Source of the DNA: Candidatus Spongiihabitans sp.
GTDB lineage: Bacteria > Pseudomonadota > Gammaproteobacteria > Arenicellales > Poriferihabitantaceae
DNA: 64,000 nucleotides
NCBI GenBank assembly: GCA_965237725.1
Contig: OZ250151.1
Location: 2,435,086 to 2,499,085 of the forward strand
Direction of reading: 5' to 3'
Positions 9,612 through 19,179 of the stretch are shown piece after piece. Positions within the stretch are counted from its first letter, which is position 1; the number at the start of each line of letters is the position of its first letter. A program made the translations under genes and the position numbers. Under the pieces are notes generated by a model, which worked only from the letters and a program-made list of their open reading frames with translations, did no database searches and was not told where the DNA came from.

Positions 9612-10988
9612 CTAAAAGAAGGTTGCGGACACCTGAAACAGTTTTTCGACGTCGGGAATTTTTCGCTTATCGATGACAAATATAATCACATGATCGCCAT
9701 CTTCAATCACAACATCATCGTCCAGGCTAAGCAATTCATTGGCGCGCATGATCGCCCCAATGGTTGCGCCTTTGGGCAGTTTTATATCGGCCAGTTTACG
9801 GCCTACTATTTTTGATGTCTTTTTATCGCCGTGGGCCACGGCCTCTATGGCCTCAGCTACACCGCGGCGAAGAGAATGCGCCGCCACCACATCTCCTCGT
9901 CTTACATGGGATAACAATGCACTCACCGTACTCAACCGCGGTGAAATTGCGATATCCAACACGCTGCTTTCGATTAGCTCAATGTAAGCCGCACGATTGA
10001 CGATGGCCATTGCACGCCTGGCACCCAGTCTTTTGGCCAGCATTGCAGATAAAATATTCGCTTCATCTTCATTGGTCAGCGAGCAAAACAATTCCATACC
10101 ATCTATATTTTCCTGAACCAGTAAATCTTCGTCTGCGGCGTCACCGTGTAACACTACGGTATTTTCGAGCTGCTCGGAAACTCGTCGTGCGCGCATCGCA
10201 TCACGTTCAATTAATTTAACCTTAAATCCACGGCTCTCCAGTGACTTCGCCAGTCCAGCGCCAATATTGCCTGCGCCGGCGATCATCACCTTCTTGCCAC
10301 CTTCCTCGATGCTGCGAAGTTCCTGCATCACCTTTTTAATATCTTCCTGGGTAGCAATGAAAAACACTTCATCATCCGCTTCGATAATGGTTTTACCCGT
10401 GGGGATAATTGCCCGGTCATGTCGGTATATCGCCGCCACACGGGTTTTAACCGAAGGCAAATGATCCTTGAGATCTTTTAGTTCGTGACCAACCAGTGCG
10501 CCGCCGTGGAACGCTTTTAGTCCCACCAGCCGAATTTTCCCACCGGCAAAATCGATAACCTGCAATGCCCCAGGATACTCAATCAGGCGTTGGATTTGAT
10601 TGGTAAGAATTTGCTCGGGACTGATTAATACATCGATGGGGATGGATTCTTTACAGAACAACTCAGGGTGGTCGAGAAAATCAGAGGATCGCACCCGGGC
10701 AATTTTAGTTGGGGTATGAAACAAAGTATGGGCAACCTGGCATGCGACCATGTTGACCTCGTCAGAATTGGTCACCGCCAGCAGTAAATCCACGTCATCA
10801 ACCCCTGCCTGTTTAAGCACTTCGGGGGATGCTGCATTGCCCTGCACCGTTCGAATATCCATTCGATCCTGCATCATATTAAGCACATCGCGATCCTCAT
10901 CGATGACGGTAATGTCATTTTCTTCTCTGGAAAGAATTTCAGCGATTGATGCCCCTACCGTACCGCCGCCAAGAATGGCAATTTTCAT
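9612..10988 (-). CDS. trkA: Trk-system potassium uptake protein TrkA (tandem RCK/NAD-binding domains)
   Basis: 458 aa. MKIAILGGGTVG and a second IAGAGNIG Rossmann motif. Reads as collinear with E. coli TrkA. Confidence 0.95.
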   Translation of the reverse strand: MKIAILGGGTVGASIAEILSREENDITVIDEDRDVLNMMQDRMDIRTVQGNAASPEVLKQAGVDDVDLLLAVTNSDEVNMVACQVAHTLFHTPTKIARVRSSDFLDHPELFCKESIPIDVLISPEQILTNQIQRLIEYPGALQVIDFAGGKIRLVGLKAFHGGALVGHELKDLKDHLPSVKTRVAAIYRHDRAIIPTGKTIIEADDEVFFIATQEDIKKVMQELRSIEEGGKKVMIAGAGNIGAGLAKSLESRGFKVKLIERDAMRARRVSEQLENTVVLHGDAADEDLLVQENIDGMELFCSLTNEDEANILSAMLAKRLGARRAMAIVNRAAYIELIESSVLDIAISPRLSTVSALLSHVRRGDVVAAHSLRRGVAEAIEAVAHGDKKTSKIVGRKLADIKLPKGATIGAIMRANELLSLDDDVVIEDGDHVIIFVIDKRKIPDVEKLFQVSATFF

Positions 10989-11010
10989 AATTTAATTCCG
11001 AAACTAGAGG

Positions 11011-12270
11011 TTAGGAACCTCTGCAAATGTCATGACCGAATTGTGTAATTTCGCCAAACATATCGGGAAGGGATTGTAATTCATAACCATCCGCAGAATG
11101 GATGAATTTTTCGATAACATCGTCGTTCTCAGCCCGCAATAGCGAACAAGTGACATACAATAACAGACCTCCGGGTTTCAGAACCTGCCATGCAGAATTA
11201 ATCAAATCGAATTGCTGCTGGGCAAATTTCTCAACATCCGCGGCCTTCCTGCGGTGTTTAATATCTGGGTGCCTTCTTATAACCCCGCTACCAGAACACG
11301 GCACATCGAGTAGAATTTTATGAAATGGCTCACCATCCCACCAGGATTCAAGTTCACACAGATCCGCCGGGATAACTTTTGCCTTTAATTTCAACCGATT
11401 CAGGTTTTCATGGATCTGATCAACCCGATGGGGCAAATCCACTGCTACCATGAAAAATTGATCGAGCTTGGAGAACGTGGATTCCAGCAGCAAACAAGTT
11501 TTTCCCCCGGGGGCAGCACAGCCATCCAGCACCCGCTGATCTTCTTGAATATCCAAAATTGATGAAATCAACTGGGCCGACTCATCCTGCACAGAAACCA
11601 GGCCCTGATCAAAACCTGGAATGTTGCTCACCCCAACCGGCTTATCCAGGGTCAGGCCTAGTTCACTCTGCTCGCTCACAGTGTAATCAATATTATTTTG
11701 ATCTAGTTCTTGCTGGTATTGTGCCCTGGATAGTTTCGCCTGGTTTACTCTTAATGTCAGGGGTGGCTTTTGATTTGAAGCCTGGATAATTGCCTGATGC
11801 TGTTTTGGCCAGTCTTCGCCAATCCGGTCATACAGGAATTTCGGAAATGAATGAATCACATGGGGTTTCTTTAAACTGGCAACAACTTCGGCCTTATTGC
11901 GCAAAAAGTTTCTTAAAACGCCATTAACGAGATTTCGAGCCCAGGCCTGTTTCGAAGTTGCAGCTGCGTTTACCGCTTCGTTAACCACGGCGTGGTCGGG
12001 GCTATGCATGTATTCAATCTGGTACAAAGCACTAATCAAAAGAAAGTGAATGATCCGATCTTTTTCCTTTATGGGCTTTTGTAACAGTGCGCCCAACAGA
12101 CCATTCAAATAACCATAGTAACGACAACCACCAAACGAAATTTCCTTTAGCTCAGAATAATTGCCCTGGAAACTGTCATCAATCTGATCAAATCCCGAAT
12201 CTAGAGACTGACCCTTGTCGATCACCCAACGCAAAACCCGGGCGGCCGCCATGGATACGGGAAGTGTCAT
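11011..12270 (-). CDS. rsmB: 16S rRNA (cytosine967-C5)-methyltransferase RsmB, with an atypical C-terminus
   Basis: 419 aa. NusB-like N-domain, DGCAAPGGKT SAM motif, DVPCSGSGVIRRHPD and YVTCS catalytic Cys motifs. The last ~10 codons (TQFGHDICRGS*) match a MITE end (see findings). Confidence 0.9.
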   Translation of the reverse strand: MTLPVSMAAARVLRWVIDKGQSLDSGFDQIDDSFQGNYSELKEISFGGCRYYGYLNGLLGALLQKPIKEKDRIIHFLLISALYQIEYMHSPDHAVVNEAVNAAATSKQAWARNLVNGVLRNFLRNKAEVVASLKKPHVIHSFPKFLYDRIGEDWPKQHQAIIQASNQKPPLTLRVNQAKLSRAQYQQELDQNNIDYTVSEQSELGLTLDKPVGVSNIPGFDQGLVSVQDESAQLISSILDIQEDQRVLDGCAAPGGKTCLLLESTFSKLDQFFMVAVDLPHRVDQIHENLNRLKLKAKVIPADLCELESWWDGEPFHKILLDVPCSGSGVIRRHPDIKHRRKAADVEKFAQQQFDLINSAWQVLKPGGLLLYVTCSLLRAENDDVIEKFIHSADGYELQSLPDMFGEITQFGHDICRGS

Positions 12271-12276
12271 TCTGAT

Positions 12277-13215
12277 TTATTCGCTGGACAACACACTGCC
12301 CTGGGTAATGGGCATGCCGTTTAAAAATTCGGCGGCGGTTAACGCCTTGCCTCCGGGTTTCTGTATGATTTCCAGGTTTAGCTGGCCATCCGCGGTTTGA
12401 ATCCGAATGCCGTTTTTATCCGCGCGCATCACCTGTCCGGGCTCACCGCCACTGTTCCCGGCCACATAGCTGGCCCTTAATACTCGCAACACCCTTCCCC
12501 CGAGATTTATGGTGCAAACCGGCCATGGATTAAACGCTCTGATTTTTCGCTCCAAAGTCATTGCATCAATCTGCCATGAAATTGCAGATTCTTTCTTTTC
12601 CAGTTTTTTGGCAAAGGTCACGCCCTGACTATCCTGGGGAATGGCCTCCAGAGCTTTGTCAAGAATGTCCGGCAATTTCGTTGATAATAACTCGCCGCCC
12701 AGTTGCGACAATTTATCGTGAAGACTGCGGCCAGTTTCATCCGCGGTGATTTCAGTTTCCTGTATAGCCAAAATGGGACCGCTATCCAGCGCCAGCGCCA
12801 TCTGCATAAGGGTAACCCCGGTTCGGGTGTCACCAAATTCGATGGCTCGCTGGATAGGTGCGGCACCGCGCCAGCGAGGCAACAAAGAGGCGTGGACGTT
12901 GATACAGCCCAGAGCTGGGATATCAAGCACTGCCTGGGGCAACAGCAATCCGTATGCGGTAACCACGAGTAAATCTACATTCAGATTTTTTAATTCTTCC
13001 ACCACTGCGGTTTCCCTGAATGACAGGGGCTGGAAAACTGGCAACTCATGTTTTTCAGCAAGAACCTTTATCGGGCCCGCCGTGGATTTTTTGCCACGTC
13101 CGGCGGGCCGATCGGGTTGGGTAAAAACGCCGACAACATCAATAATCTCCGCATCGATTAGTGCGTTTAGGGAAGGCACGGAAAATTCGGGAGTCCCCGC
13201 AAATACAACTCGCAT
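12277..13215 (-). CDS. fmt: Methionyl-tRNA formyltransferase
   Basis: 312 aa. MRVVFAGTPEF and HASLLPRWRGAAPIQRAI motifs. def-fmt operon order. Confidence 0.95.
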   Translation of the reverse strand: MRVVFAGTPEFSVPSLNALIDAEIIDVVGVFTQPDRPAGRGKKSTAGPIKVLAEKHELPVFQPLSFRETAVVEELKNLNVDLLVVTAYGLLLPQAVLDIPALGCINVHASLLPRWRGAAPIQRAIEFGDTRTGVTLMQMALALDSGPILAIQETEITADETGRSLHDKLSQLGGELLSTKLPDILDKALEAIPQDSQGVTFAKKLEKKESAISWQIDAMTLERKIRAFNPWPVCTINLGGRVLRVLRASYVAGNSGGEPGQVMRADKNGIRIQTADGQLNLEIIQKPGGKALTAAEFLNGMPITQGSVLSSE

Positions 13216-13233
13216 GATTAGACAATCAGTGCT

Positions 13234-13758
13234 TTATGCCGCCTCATGCTCGGCGAGTCGGGCTTCTTTTGCTTCTTTTAAAAGCCGTTTGCGCACTTTA
13301 TCCTGCTTTAACCGGGACAAATAGTCGACAAAAACCTTGCCATTGAGGTGATCAACTTCGTGTTGAATACATATTGAAAGCAATTCATCGGCTTGAATTT
13401 CGAATGCATTGCCTTGGATATCCTGGGCATTTATTTGCACCTTTTCAACCCGCTCAACTGCAGCAAATATTCCCGGGACGGACAAACAGCCTTCTTCCAT
13501 TTCAACTGTGCCACCCAGGGGTGTAATTTTCGGATTGATGAACACCTGGAGGTCGTCGCGATTTTCAGACAGATCCATTATAACCACCCGTTTGGGCACA
13601 TCTACCTGAATCGCAGCCAGCCCGATCCCCGGTGCCTCGTACATAGTTTCCGCCATGTCATTGACCAGCACCGACAATTCTTCATCAAATTCCGTGATTT
13701 CCGCGGATTGGTCCCGTAGCCTGGGATTTGGATAGACTAATATGTCTCGAATGGCCAT
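13234..13758 (-). CDS. def: Peptide deformylase
   Basis: 174 aa. GIGLAAIQV, EGCLS and QHEVDHL metal-binding motifs. Confidence 0.95.
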   Translation of the reverse strand: MAIRDILVYPNPRLRDQSAEITEFDEELSVLVNDMAETMYEAPGIGLAAIQVDVPKRVVIMDLSENRDDLQVFINPKITPLGGTVEMEEGCLSVPGIFAAVERVEKVQINAQDIQGNAFEIQADELLSICIQHEVDHLNGKVFVDYLSRLKQDKVRKRLLKEAKEARLAEHEAA

Positions 13759-13872
13759 AAATTAAGGTGAATAACTTGTTTGGGTTGCAAAGGACGGATT
13801 GTATTCCCAACGCCGAAAAACGTCCATAACAGCACCGCTACAGCTGTCTATGGATTCCCGCGAGTTTATCGC

Positions 13873-15426
13873 TTAACCACCGTTTTTCCTGCGAATTTCA
13901 AACAATTTGACCGTATATCCGGCCCGGGAATAATCCTCGATGTGTACATCATATGCATTGTCTATTTGAGCCTGATCTACCAGCGCCTGGATTTTCCCAC
14001 CGCCGTGGATTTCGCTGGCTTTTAACAAATAAAAATGATCCGGGTACTCTGCCAGAGGCATTTGAAGATACTGTGGGGTAAAAACCGGGTAGACATTGGG
14101 GATCACAGAATCCACATATCCCATCATGGGATGTGAAACCATATAGTTAATTTCTTTGGTTACATAGGCCGGAATTTCGTCTGGCTTTTTGACTAAAGCG
14201 TTAATCCCATCAACCTTAACGGCGTTAAAACCCTGGTAGGCGTGGGACCGTTCGATAACTGAAAAACTGTTGAGATTCTCCGGGTAAAATTTACCATTGG
14301 TGTTAGCAATAAAAAAAACATGCATGGGAATCAGCAAAAACAGTATCAATTTCTGCTGACCCAGTTGTTTGATCAATAAAAGAATCGAGATTAGCGCAAA
14401 GGGTATCACCGGGACCAGGTAACGGGGCAGCAGTAAGGTTTGGGTAAATGAGGCCAATACAATAGTGGCGCAAAACACGGGGGTGATGAACAGACATATC
14501 AATTTAGCCTGACTTACTGGGTCGGGCTTGATGTTTTCCTGGGAACCTCTGAACCTGTTAGCCAACTGAAAAATAACCACAACCACTGAACAGCCAATCC
14601 CTGCCAACATTAACCATGACAAGTCAGGAATCGCGGTCATGCGGGCGTTCAATTGAGCAAACAATAATTCCGCATTGCCCCAGCCACCGCCTAGAAATTC
14701 AGAGCGACCCAGTAGCCCGGGCAAGTTCCTGATCAGGACTATCAGGCCACACAATATCAACACTCGCATACCGTTAGCAAACCGAGCCGATCTGGATTGA
14801 CCTATTGCGGTTATTAAAAGCATCAGCACCATGGCGATGCCCAAAGCTATGGCGGTGAATTTGACCAGCAGCGCAATAACGCAAATGCCAATGGCTATGT
14901 CGATTTGCCCTCGGCTCCAGCGCTCAACCGCCATGACGGATAAAACAAGGACTGGTATTTCGGTATACATATAACCCACCTGCACCAGGCTAACCGGAAA
15001 CAACAAAACAAAAAATCCGCTGGCTACCGCAACATAACGATTAAACCCCAAACGCTGGATTAGTTGCACAAAAATCATCAGCCCATAACTCATTGCCAGA
15101 AAAGTCAATGAATGCAGCGCCAGAAATGTGGATTGGGCATCGGCGGCAGATTTCATTGCCAACGCCGCGACCCAGGTTACCAGGGACAACGAATGTACAT
15201 TGGGGCCGCCTTGCCACCAGTTTTTTTCCTGCAGCAAGGCCAACAGATCAAAATTATTTTCAAACAAATAAATCGCCGGAGCAAATACGCCCATAGCCGT
15301 ATCCCAAACTGGCGGAGACAAGATGACACTATATTTGAGCACAATGATCGCCAGCAACCAGAACATCATCATGGATAAGTTGTGTCTGGATCGGGAGGTT
15401 AAATCGAAGTGTCGCGTCAGATCCAT
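13873..15426 (-). CDS. Large polytopic membrane protein with a C-terminal soluble domain; candidate GT-C-fold (ArnT/PMT-like) polyprenyl-P-sugar-dependent glycosyltransferase
   Basis: 517 aa. About 11-12 hydrophobic helices followed by a ~130-aa hydrophilic C-terminal domain. An acidic residue follows TM1 (PPVWDTAMG). Divergent from an operon that encodes an ArnC/GtrB-type GT2. The fold assignment is inferred from architecture and context only. Confidence 0.55.
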   Translation of the reverse strand: MDLTRHFDLTSRSRHNLSMMMFWLLAIIVLKYSVILSPPVWDTAMGVFAPAIYLFENNFDLLALLQEKNWWQGGPNVHSLSLVTWVAALAMKSAADAQSTFLALHSLTFLAMSYGLMIFVQLIQRLGFNRYVAVASGFFVLLFPVSLVQVGYMYTEIPVLVLSVMAVERWSRGQIDIAIGICVIALLVKFTAIALGIAMVLMLLITAIGQSRSARFANGMRVLILCGLIVLIRNLPGLLGRSEFLGGGWGNAELLFAQLNARMTAIPDLSWLMLAGIGCSVVVVIFQLANRFRGSQENIKPDPVSQAKLICLFITPVFCATIVLASFTQTLLLPRYLVPVIPFALISILLLIKQLGQQKLILFLLIPMHVFFIANTNGKFYPENLNSFSVIERSHAYQGFNAVKVDGINALVKKPDEIPAYVTKEINYMVSHPMMGYVDSVIPNVYPVFTPQYLQMPLAEYPDHFYLLKASEIHGGGKIQALVDQAQIDNAYDVHIEDYSRAGYTVKLFEIRRKNGG

Positions 15427-15617
15427 GATTAAACTTGAGAATTTAAAATCATTGTTTGTTGCAGTCCAATTGAGGATAATCCCGACATCCTATCATTTTA
15501 TTAGAATTTCTCCCCCAGTTGCAGTAAAACTCATTTTTCAAAACCAGGGCATATTGTATTTAAGAGGCAGATTCCATTGGCAGTTGAAATTACCCGACGC
15601 ATAGTCACGAACAAACT

Positions 15618-16352
15618 ATGAATAACAGTATCGATTATTTATACCACGGTGAGGCCAGGGATTTTATCAATGCCCTCGAACTGGAAATTTCCAGTCACAA
15701 GGCATTAAATCACCCATTTCTGGATCGCCTCAAGCAGGGCGATTTCGAAAACGTCGGTGCCGTGCTGCGGGATTATGCCCATCAATACTCCATTTATAGC
15801 GAATGGTTTACCCGCTATCTTGATGGTGTTATCAAAAATCTGGATTCGAAAGAGCATATTCAGGCCTTAATGGAAAACATGGAAGAAGAAAAAGGCAAGC
15901 CGAACAGCCCGAACATCGAAGAGCGGTCCCATGTGGAATTATTCCAACGGTTCAAGGATCAAATCGGTGCCGATCAGGACTATTGTAAAAATAATCCACC
16001 CTGCACCACAGTGTTGTTGTGGCGGGATTTGTTTCTGCAAAAGTGCAATTCCGAAATTCGCGGGGTCGGACTTGCTGCCATCGGCCTGGGTACGGAGTTT
16101 ATTATTTCGACAATTTACCCCAACATAATACGCGCCATCGAAGACCATACCGAACTCGGCCAGGACGGCAGTCTTTTTTTCCGCTTACACGTAGACTGTG
16201 ATGACAATCATGCAGAGGTGGTTAAAAAAATAACCGAAGAAGTTGCAGAGGATATATCTTCGCGGGAAGCCATTCGGTTTGGCGTATTTTCTTCATTAAA
16301 TTTGCGCGCCGCATTTTGGGACACCCAACTTTCCCGCGCGCTGCATCTATAA
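15618..16352 (+). CDS. Heme-oxygenase-like diiron (HDO) / iron-containing redox enzyme family protein (PqqC/CADD-like fold)
   Basis: 244 aa. LNHPFLDRLKQG, RDYAHQYSIYSEWFTRYL, NMEEEKG...SHVELFQRF and RLHVDCDDNHAE carry the E...H / E...H...D..H ligand pattern of this family. Confidence 0.7.
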   Translation: MNNSIDYLYHGEARDFINALELEISSHKALNHPFLDRLKQGDFENVGAVLRDYAHQYSIYSEWFTRYLDGVIKNLDSKEHIQALMENMEEEKGKPNSPNIEERSHVELFQRFKDQIGADQDYCKNNPPCTTVLLWRDLFLQKCNSEIRGVGLAAIGLGTEFIISTIYPNIIRAIEDHTELGQDGSLFFRLHVDCDDNHAEVVKKITEEVAEDISSREAIRFGVFSSLNLRAAFWDTQLSRALHL

Positions 16353-16527
16353 TAAATCTGTTGTCTGATCACCAGATCATGGGTTTCGAAAAACCAGTTT
16401 AGGGCAATAATCAAAACATTCATTGCGGTACAATACGCAATCGCCATAATTTTGGAAATCTGCTTTGGTTCTTTTCTGCAATAATCTGGGTTGAATAAGA
16501 ACACATGAACTTCTGTCACTAAACACC

Positions 16528-17388
16528 ATGCAAAAACAGGAAAAGTTAAATACACCATTAACTTTAAACGAATTGCTGGAGCGAACCATGATCACCGCAT
16601 CCAGCCCGGAAAATATCGATCGTAGCAAGCTCGCCGGGGTTCTCAACGATTACTCTTTTGCAGTGATTCGAGGCATCATCAACCGCGATGATATTCTCAA
16701 AGCTCGAGAAAAGTTTTTTCAACTCTATTCTCCCGATAACGATAATCCGGCGACTGGCGAGACTCCCGACCAAATAATGGATAATTACCAGAAGTTATCT
16801 ATTGGTGGCGCCGAGCACTCCGGGGTCTACCGTCCACGTTGTATGCGAACATTTTATAATCCGGTTTGGTCCGATGATATTTATGGACTGCGAAAATCAT
16901 TTACCCTGACCGCCCAGACCCGAAACATTATTTATGGCATGGATATGAATTATGCCATTGATAGAGTGGAAGACGGATTTTGGACTGCAGCGAGAATTCA
17001 CCATTTTCCTGCGGGCGGCGGGTTTCTGGTGTCCCACGTTGATGATGTGGTTCCCGTTGTACAAAAAGCAGAAGGCATTAGTCGGTATTTCCAGCCGCTG
17101 ATCGTAATGAGCAAGAAAGGCACTGCTGAAGATTGCGATTTTCAAACCGGCGGCGGATTCTTCGAAGTCAGTGGCCAACGCTACTATTATGAAGAAGGCT
17201 GTGAAATGGGCGACATTGTGATTTATTCTGGCGCAACGGTACACGGTGTGGCGGATATCGATTTGCATAAGATTTTTGATAATCGCCGCCCCGATGGCAG
17301 GATGGCGGCATTTGTTACCTTGTACAAGCATTTTGAGCGAAAGGGCCAACTGGAACAATACGTCGGCAAAGCTAAAAATGAATATTAG
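16528..17388 (+). CDS. Putative Fe(II)/2-oxoglutarate-type dioxygenase (cupin/DSBH-like)
   Basis: 286 aa. Candidate facial triad HHFPAGGGFLVSHVDD (HxD) plus a distal GATVHGV, and a basic GRMAAFVTLY near the C-terminus. Motif-level call only. Confidence 0.5.
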   Translation: MQKQEKLNTPLTLNELLERTMITASSPENIDRSKLAGVLNDYSFAVIRGIINRDDILKAREKFFQLYSPDNDNPATGETPDQIMDNYQKLSIGGAEHSGVYRPRCMRTFYNPVWSDDIYGLRKSFTLTAQTRNIIYGMDMNYAIDRVEDGFWTAARIHHFPAGGGFLVSHVDDVVPVVQKAEGISRYFQPLIVMSKKGTAEDCDFQTGGGFFEVSGQRYYYEEGCEMGDIVIYSGATVHGVADIDLHKIFDNRRPDGRMAAFVTLYKHFERKGQLEQYVGKAKNEY

Positions 17389-17400
17389 CAATTTGCAGTC

Positions 17401-18162
17401 ATGACGAAAAACAATAAACGGCACAACACTAAATCGGAATCATACAATTCCGCTGAACAAGGCATCCAGCAGGCTTTAGAGAACAGCGCCATCCCGGATT
17501 CAGAAATGCTGGAGAATTTACATTTATTTATCTCTCCCCAGCAGATGCGGCGGATTTTGTTTCTGTATGAAGTCTACAAACAAATTGTCACCGTGCCCGG
17601 GGTAATCATGCAATTTGGTGTGCGCTGGGGACGAGAGATGGCGCTATTCGAAAGTCTGCGCACGACTTTTGAGCCATTTAATCACAGCCGAAAGATCATT
17701 GGATTTGATACTTTTTCTGGCTACCAGGGGGTTGACTCCAAAGACGGTGGTCACAAGGTCATGCAAGACGGCAACCTGACCACCACCAGTAATTATGAGG
17801 ACGAACTGGAAAAAATTCTGACTCTTAGAGAGCAGCTAAGCCCTATCCCCCATGTCAAAAAATTTCAACTGATCAAAGGCAATGCAGAGGAAACCCTGGA
17901 AAAATACCTTGAAGAAAATCCCCAGACCATAATTTCCCTGGCTCACCTGGACATGAATCTGTATCGACCCACCAAAAAATGCCTGGAGTTACTGAAACCC
18001 AATATGCCAAAAGGCGCCATCGTTATTATCGACGAGGTCAATCTCGACATGATGCCGGGTGAAACCATTGCGCTGAAAGAGGTTTTTGGAATCAACAAGA
18101 TTCGTCTGCAACGAGACTCCCATGTCAATCCAACCTGGCCTGCTTATTTCGTAATCGAATAG
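17401..18162 (+). CDS. TylF/MycF-family SAM-dependent (sugar) O-methyltransferase
   Basis: 253 aa. GVIMQFGVRWGREMALF, FDTFSGY and LAHLDMNLYRPTKKCLELLKPNMPKGAIVIIDE match the TylF-type pattern (ECGV.rG / DsFeG / D.DlYesT). Confidence 0.75.
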   Translation: MTKNNKRHNTKSESYNSAEQGIQQALENSAIPDSEMLENLHLFISPQQMRRILFLYEVYKQIVTVPGVIMQFGVRWGREMALFESLRTTFEPFNHSRKIIGFDTFSGYQGVDSKDGGHKVMQDGNLTTTSNYEDELEKILTLREQLSPIPHVKKFQLIKGNAEETLEKYLEENPQTIISLAHLDMNLYRPTKKCLELLKPNMPKGAIVIIDEVNLDMMPGETIALKEVFGINKIRLQRDSHVNPTWPAYFVIE

Positions 18163-18192
18163 TTTTACGAAACTCTAAAATAATTTCTGCCA

Positions 18193-19152
18193 ATGAATGT
18201 GATTGAAGCCAGCGCGTCAAAAAAGGATTTCAGCGTTTTAATCCCGGTATACAACTCAGAAAAAAGCCTGCCGCTGGTTATCGAAGGCGTCAGGGAAGTT
18301 TTTGCGCATTCAAAATACAGCTATGAATTTGTGCTGGTTGACGATGGCAGCAAAGACCAATCCTGGGAAGTGATCAGCCAGCAACACCAACGGGGTGACA
18401 TCTGCGGGATTCGTTTCATGAAAAACCAGGGACACAGCATTGCCTTGAAACGCGGCCTGGAGTTTTGTCAGGGCGAATGGGTGATTACCATGGACGACGA
18501 TTTACAACATCCACCATCAGAATTACCCAAACTGATAAGCGCAAGCCGGGAGATGAAAGATGTAGACGTCATTATGGGCGCTTATGATTCAAGTCGTGGG
18601 AAAGCCCATAAAAGCCTGGGTGCAAAACTGTATCAATTCATTTTGCGATCGACATTTTCTTTATCCAAAGATTTAACAATCACCAGTTTTCGTATCATTC
18701 ACAAACGCGTGGTCCATGAAATTGTAAATCGAAATTTGGCAAATCCTCATGCCGGCTTCCTCATCCTCAGCGCCACAAACAAAATCGCCAACATCGAGGT
18801 TGAGCGTCACGACCGCCAGTATGGTGAGTCCGGGATGAGTCTGAAAAAATCGGTAACGACGCTTATTGACAGCCTGGTTCTGAATTCTGAAATACCTTTA
18901 AAAATGATTGGTTTTGGTGGTCTTTCACTTTCGCTGTTTGCGGTCTTGCTGGCAATCTACTATGCAGCAAAATTTTACTTTGGCCAAATTGGGGTTTCCG
19001 GATTTACCACAATTGTTTTGCTGGTGATTGGTTTTTCTGGAATTATTCTTGCTTCAATCAGTGTTGTCGGTTTATACATCATGCGACTGCTACAACAGGC
19101 GACATTTTCTCCACACTACAGTTTGCGTGAACACCTACCGCGTCCCGAATAA
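18193..19152 (+). CDS. GT2 polyprenyl-phosphate glycosyltransferase (ArnC/GtrB/DPM1-like) with two C-terminal TM helices
   Basis: 319 aa. FSVLIPVYNSEKSLP, FVLVDDGSKD and TMDDDLQHPPSELPKLI motifs. C-terminal helices LSLSLFAVLLAIYYAAKF and TTIVLLVIGFSGIILASISVVGLYI. Confidence 0.85.
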   Translation: MNVIEASASKKDFSVLIPVYNSEKSLPLVIEGVREVFAHSKYSYEFVLVDDGSKDQSWEVISQQHQRGDICGIRFMKNQGHSIALKRGLEFCQGEWVITMDDDLQHPPSELPKLISASREMKDVDVIMGAYDSSRGKAHKSLGAKLYQFILRSTFSLSKDLTITSFRIIHKRVVHEIVNRNLANPHAGFLILSATNKIANIEVERHDRQYGESGMSLKKSVTTLIDSLVLNSEIPLKMIGFGGLSLSLFAVLLAIYYAAKFYFGQIGVSGFTTIVLLVIGFSGIILASISVVGLYIMRLLQQATFSPHYSLREHLPRPE

Positions 19153-19179
19153 GCTCGTTCCGAATAAAAATGCGTCAAA

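Noticed and set aside
12746-13324. Long antisense shadow ORFs. Examples: 192 aa opposite fmt; 25405-25998 opposite msbA; 30867-31436 opposite the RACo gene; 16897-17424 opposite the oxygenase; 43757-44224 opposite the 571-aa gene; 56046-56564 opposite Ldh_2
   Set aside because: Each lies fully inside a confidently assigned gene on the other strand. Their composition is low-complexity and Arg/Ser/Pro-rich, which is typical of antisense frames.
14541-14560. MITE insertion inside the GT-C-like membrane-protein gene (13-nt identity GGAACCTCTGAAC to the TIR)
   Set aside because: There is no flanking TA, no partner TIR and no interruption of the reading frame (it encodes FRGSQ in a loop). It is recorded under the MITE finding as unresolved rather than called as an element.
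16208-16558. The 116-aa minus-strand ORF as the missing GtrA/ArnEF-like flippase of the sugar island
   Set aside because: It overlaps the 3' end of the HDO gene in antisense. It has only weak hydrophobic character in its N-terminal half and no four-TM GtrA pattern, so it is likely spurious.
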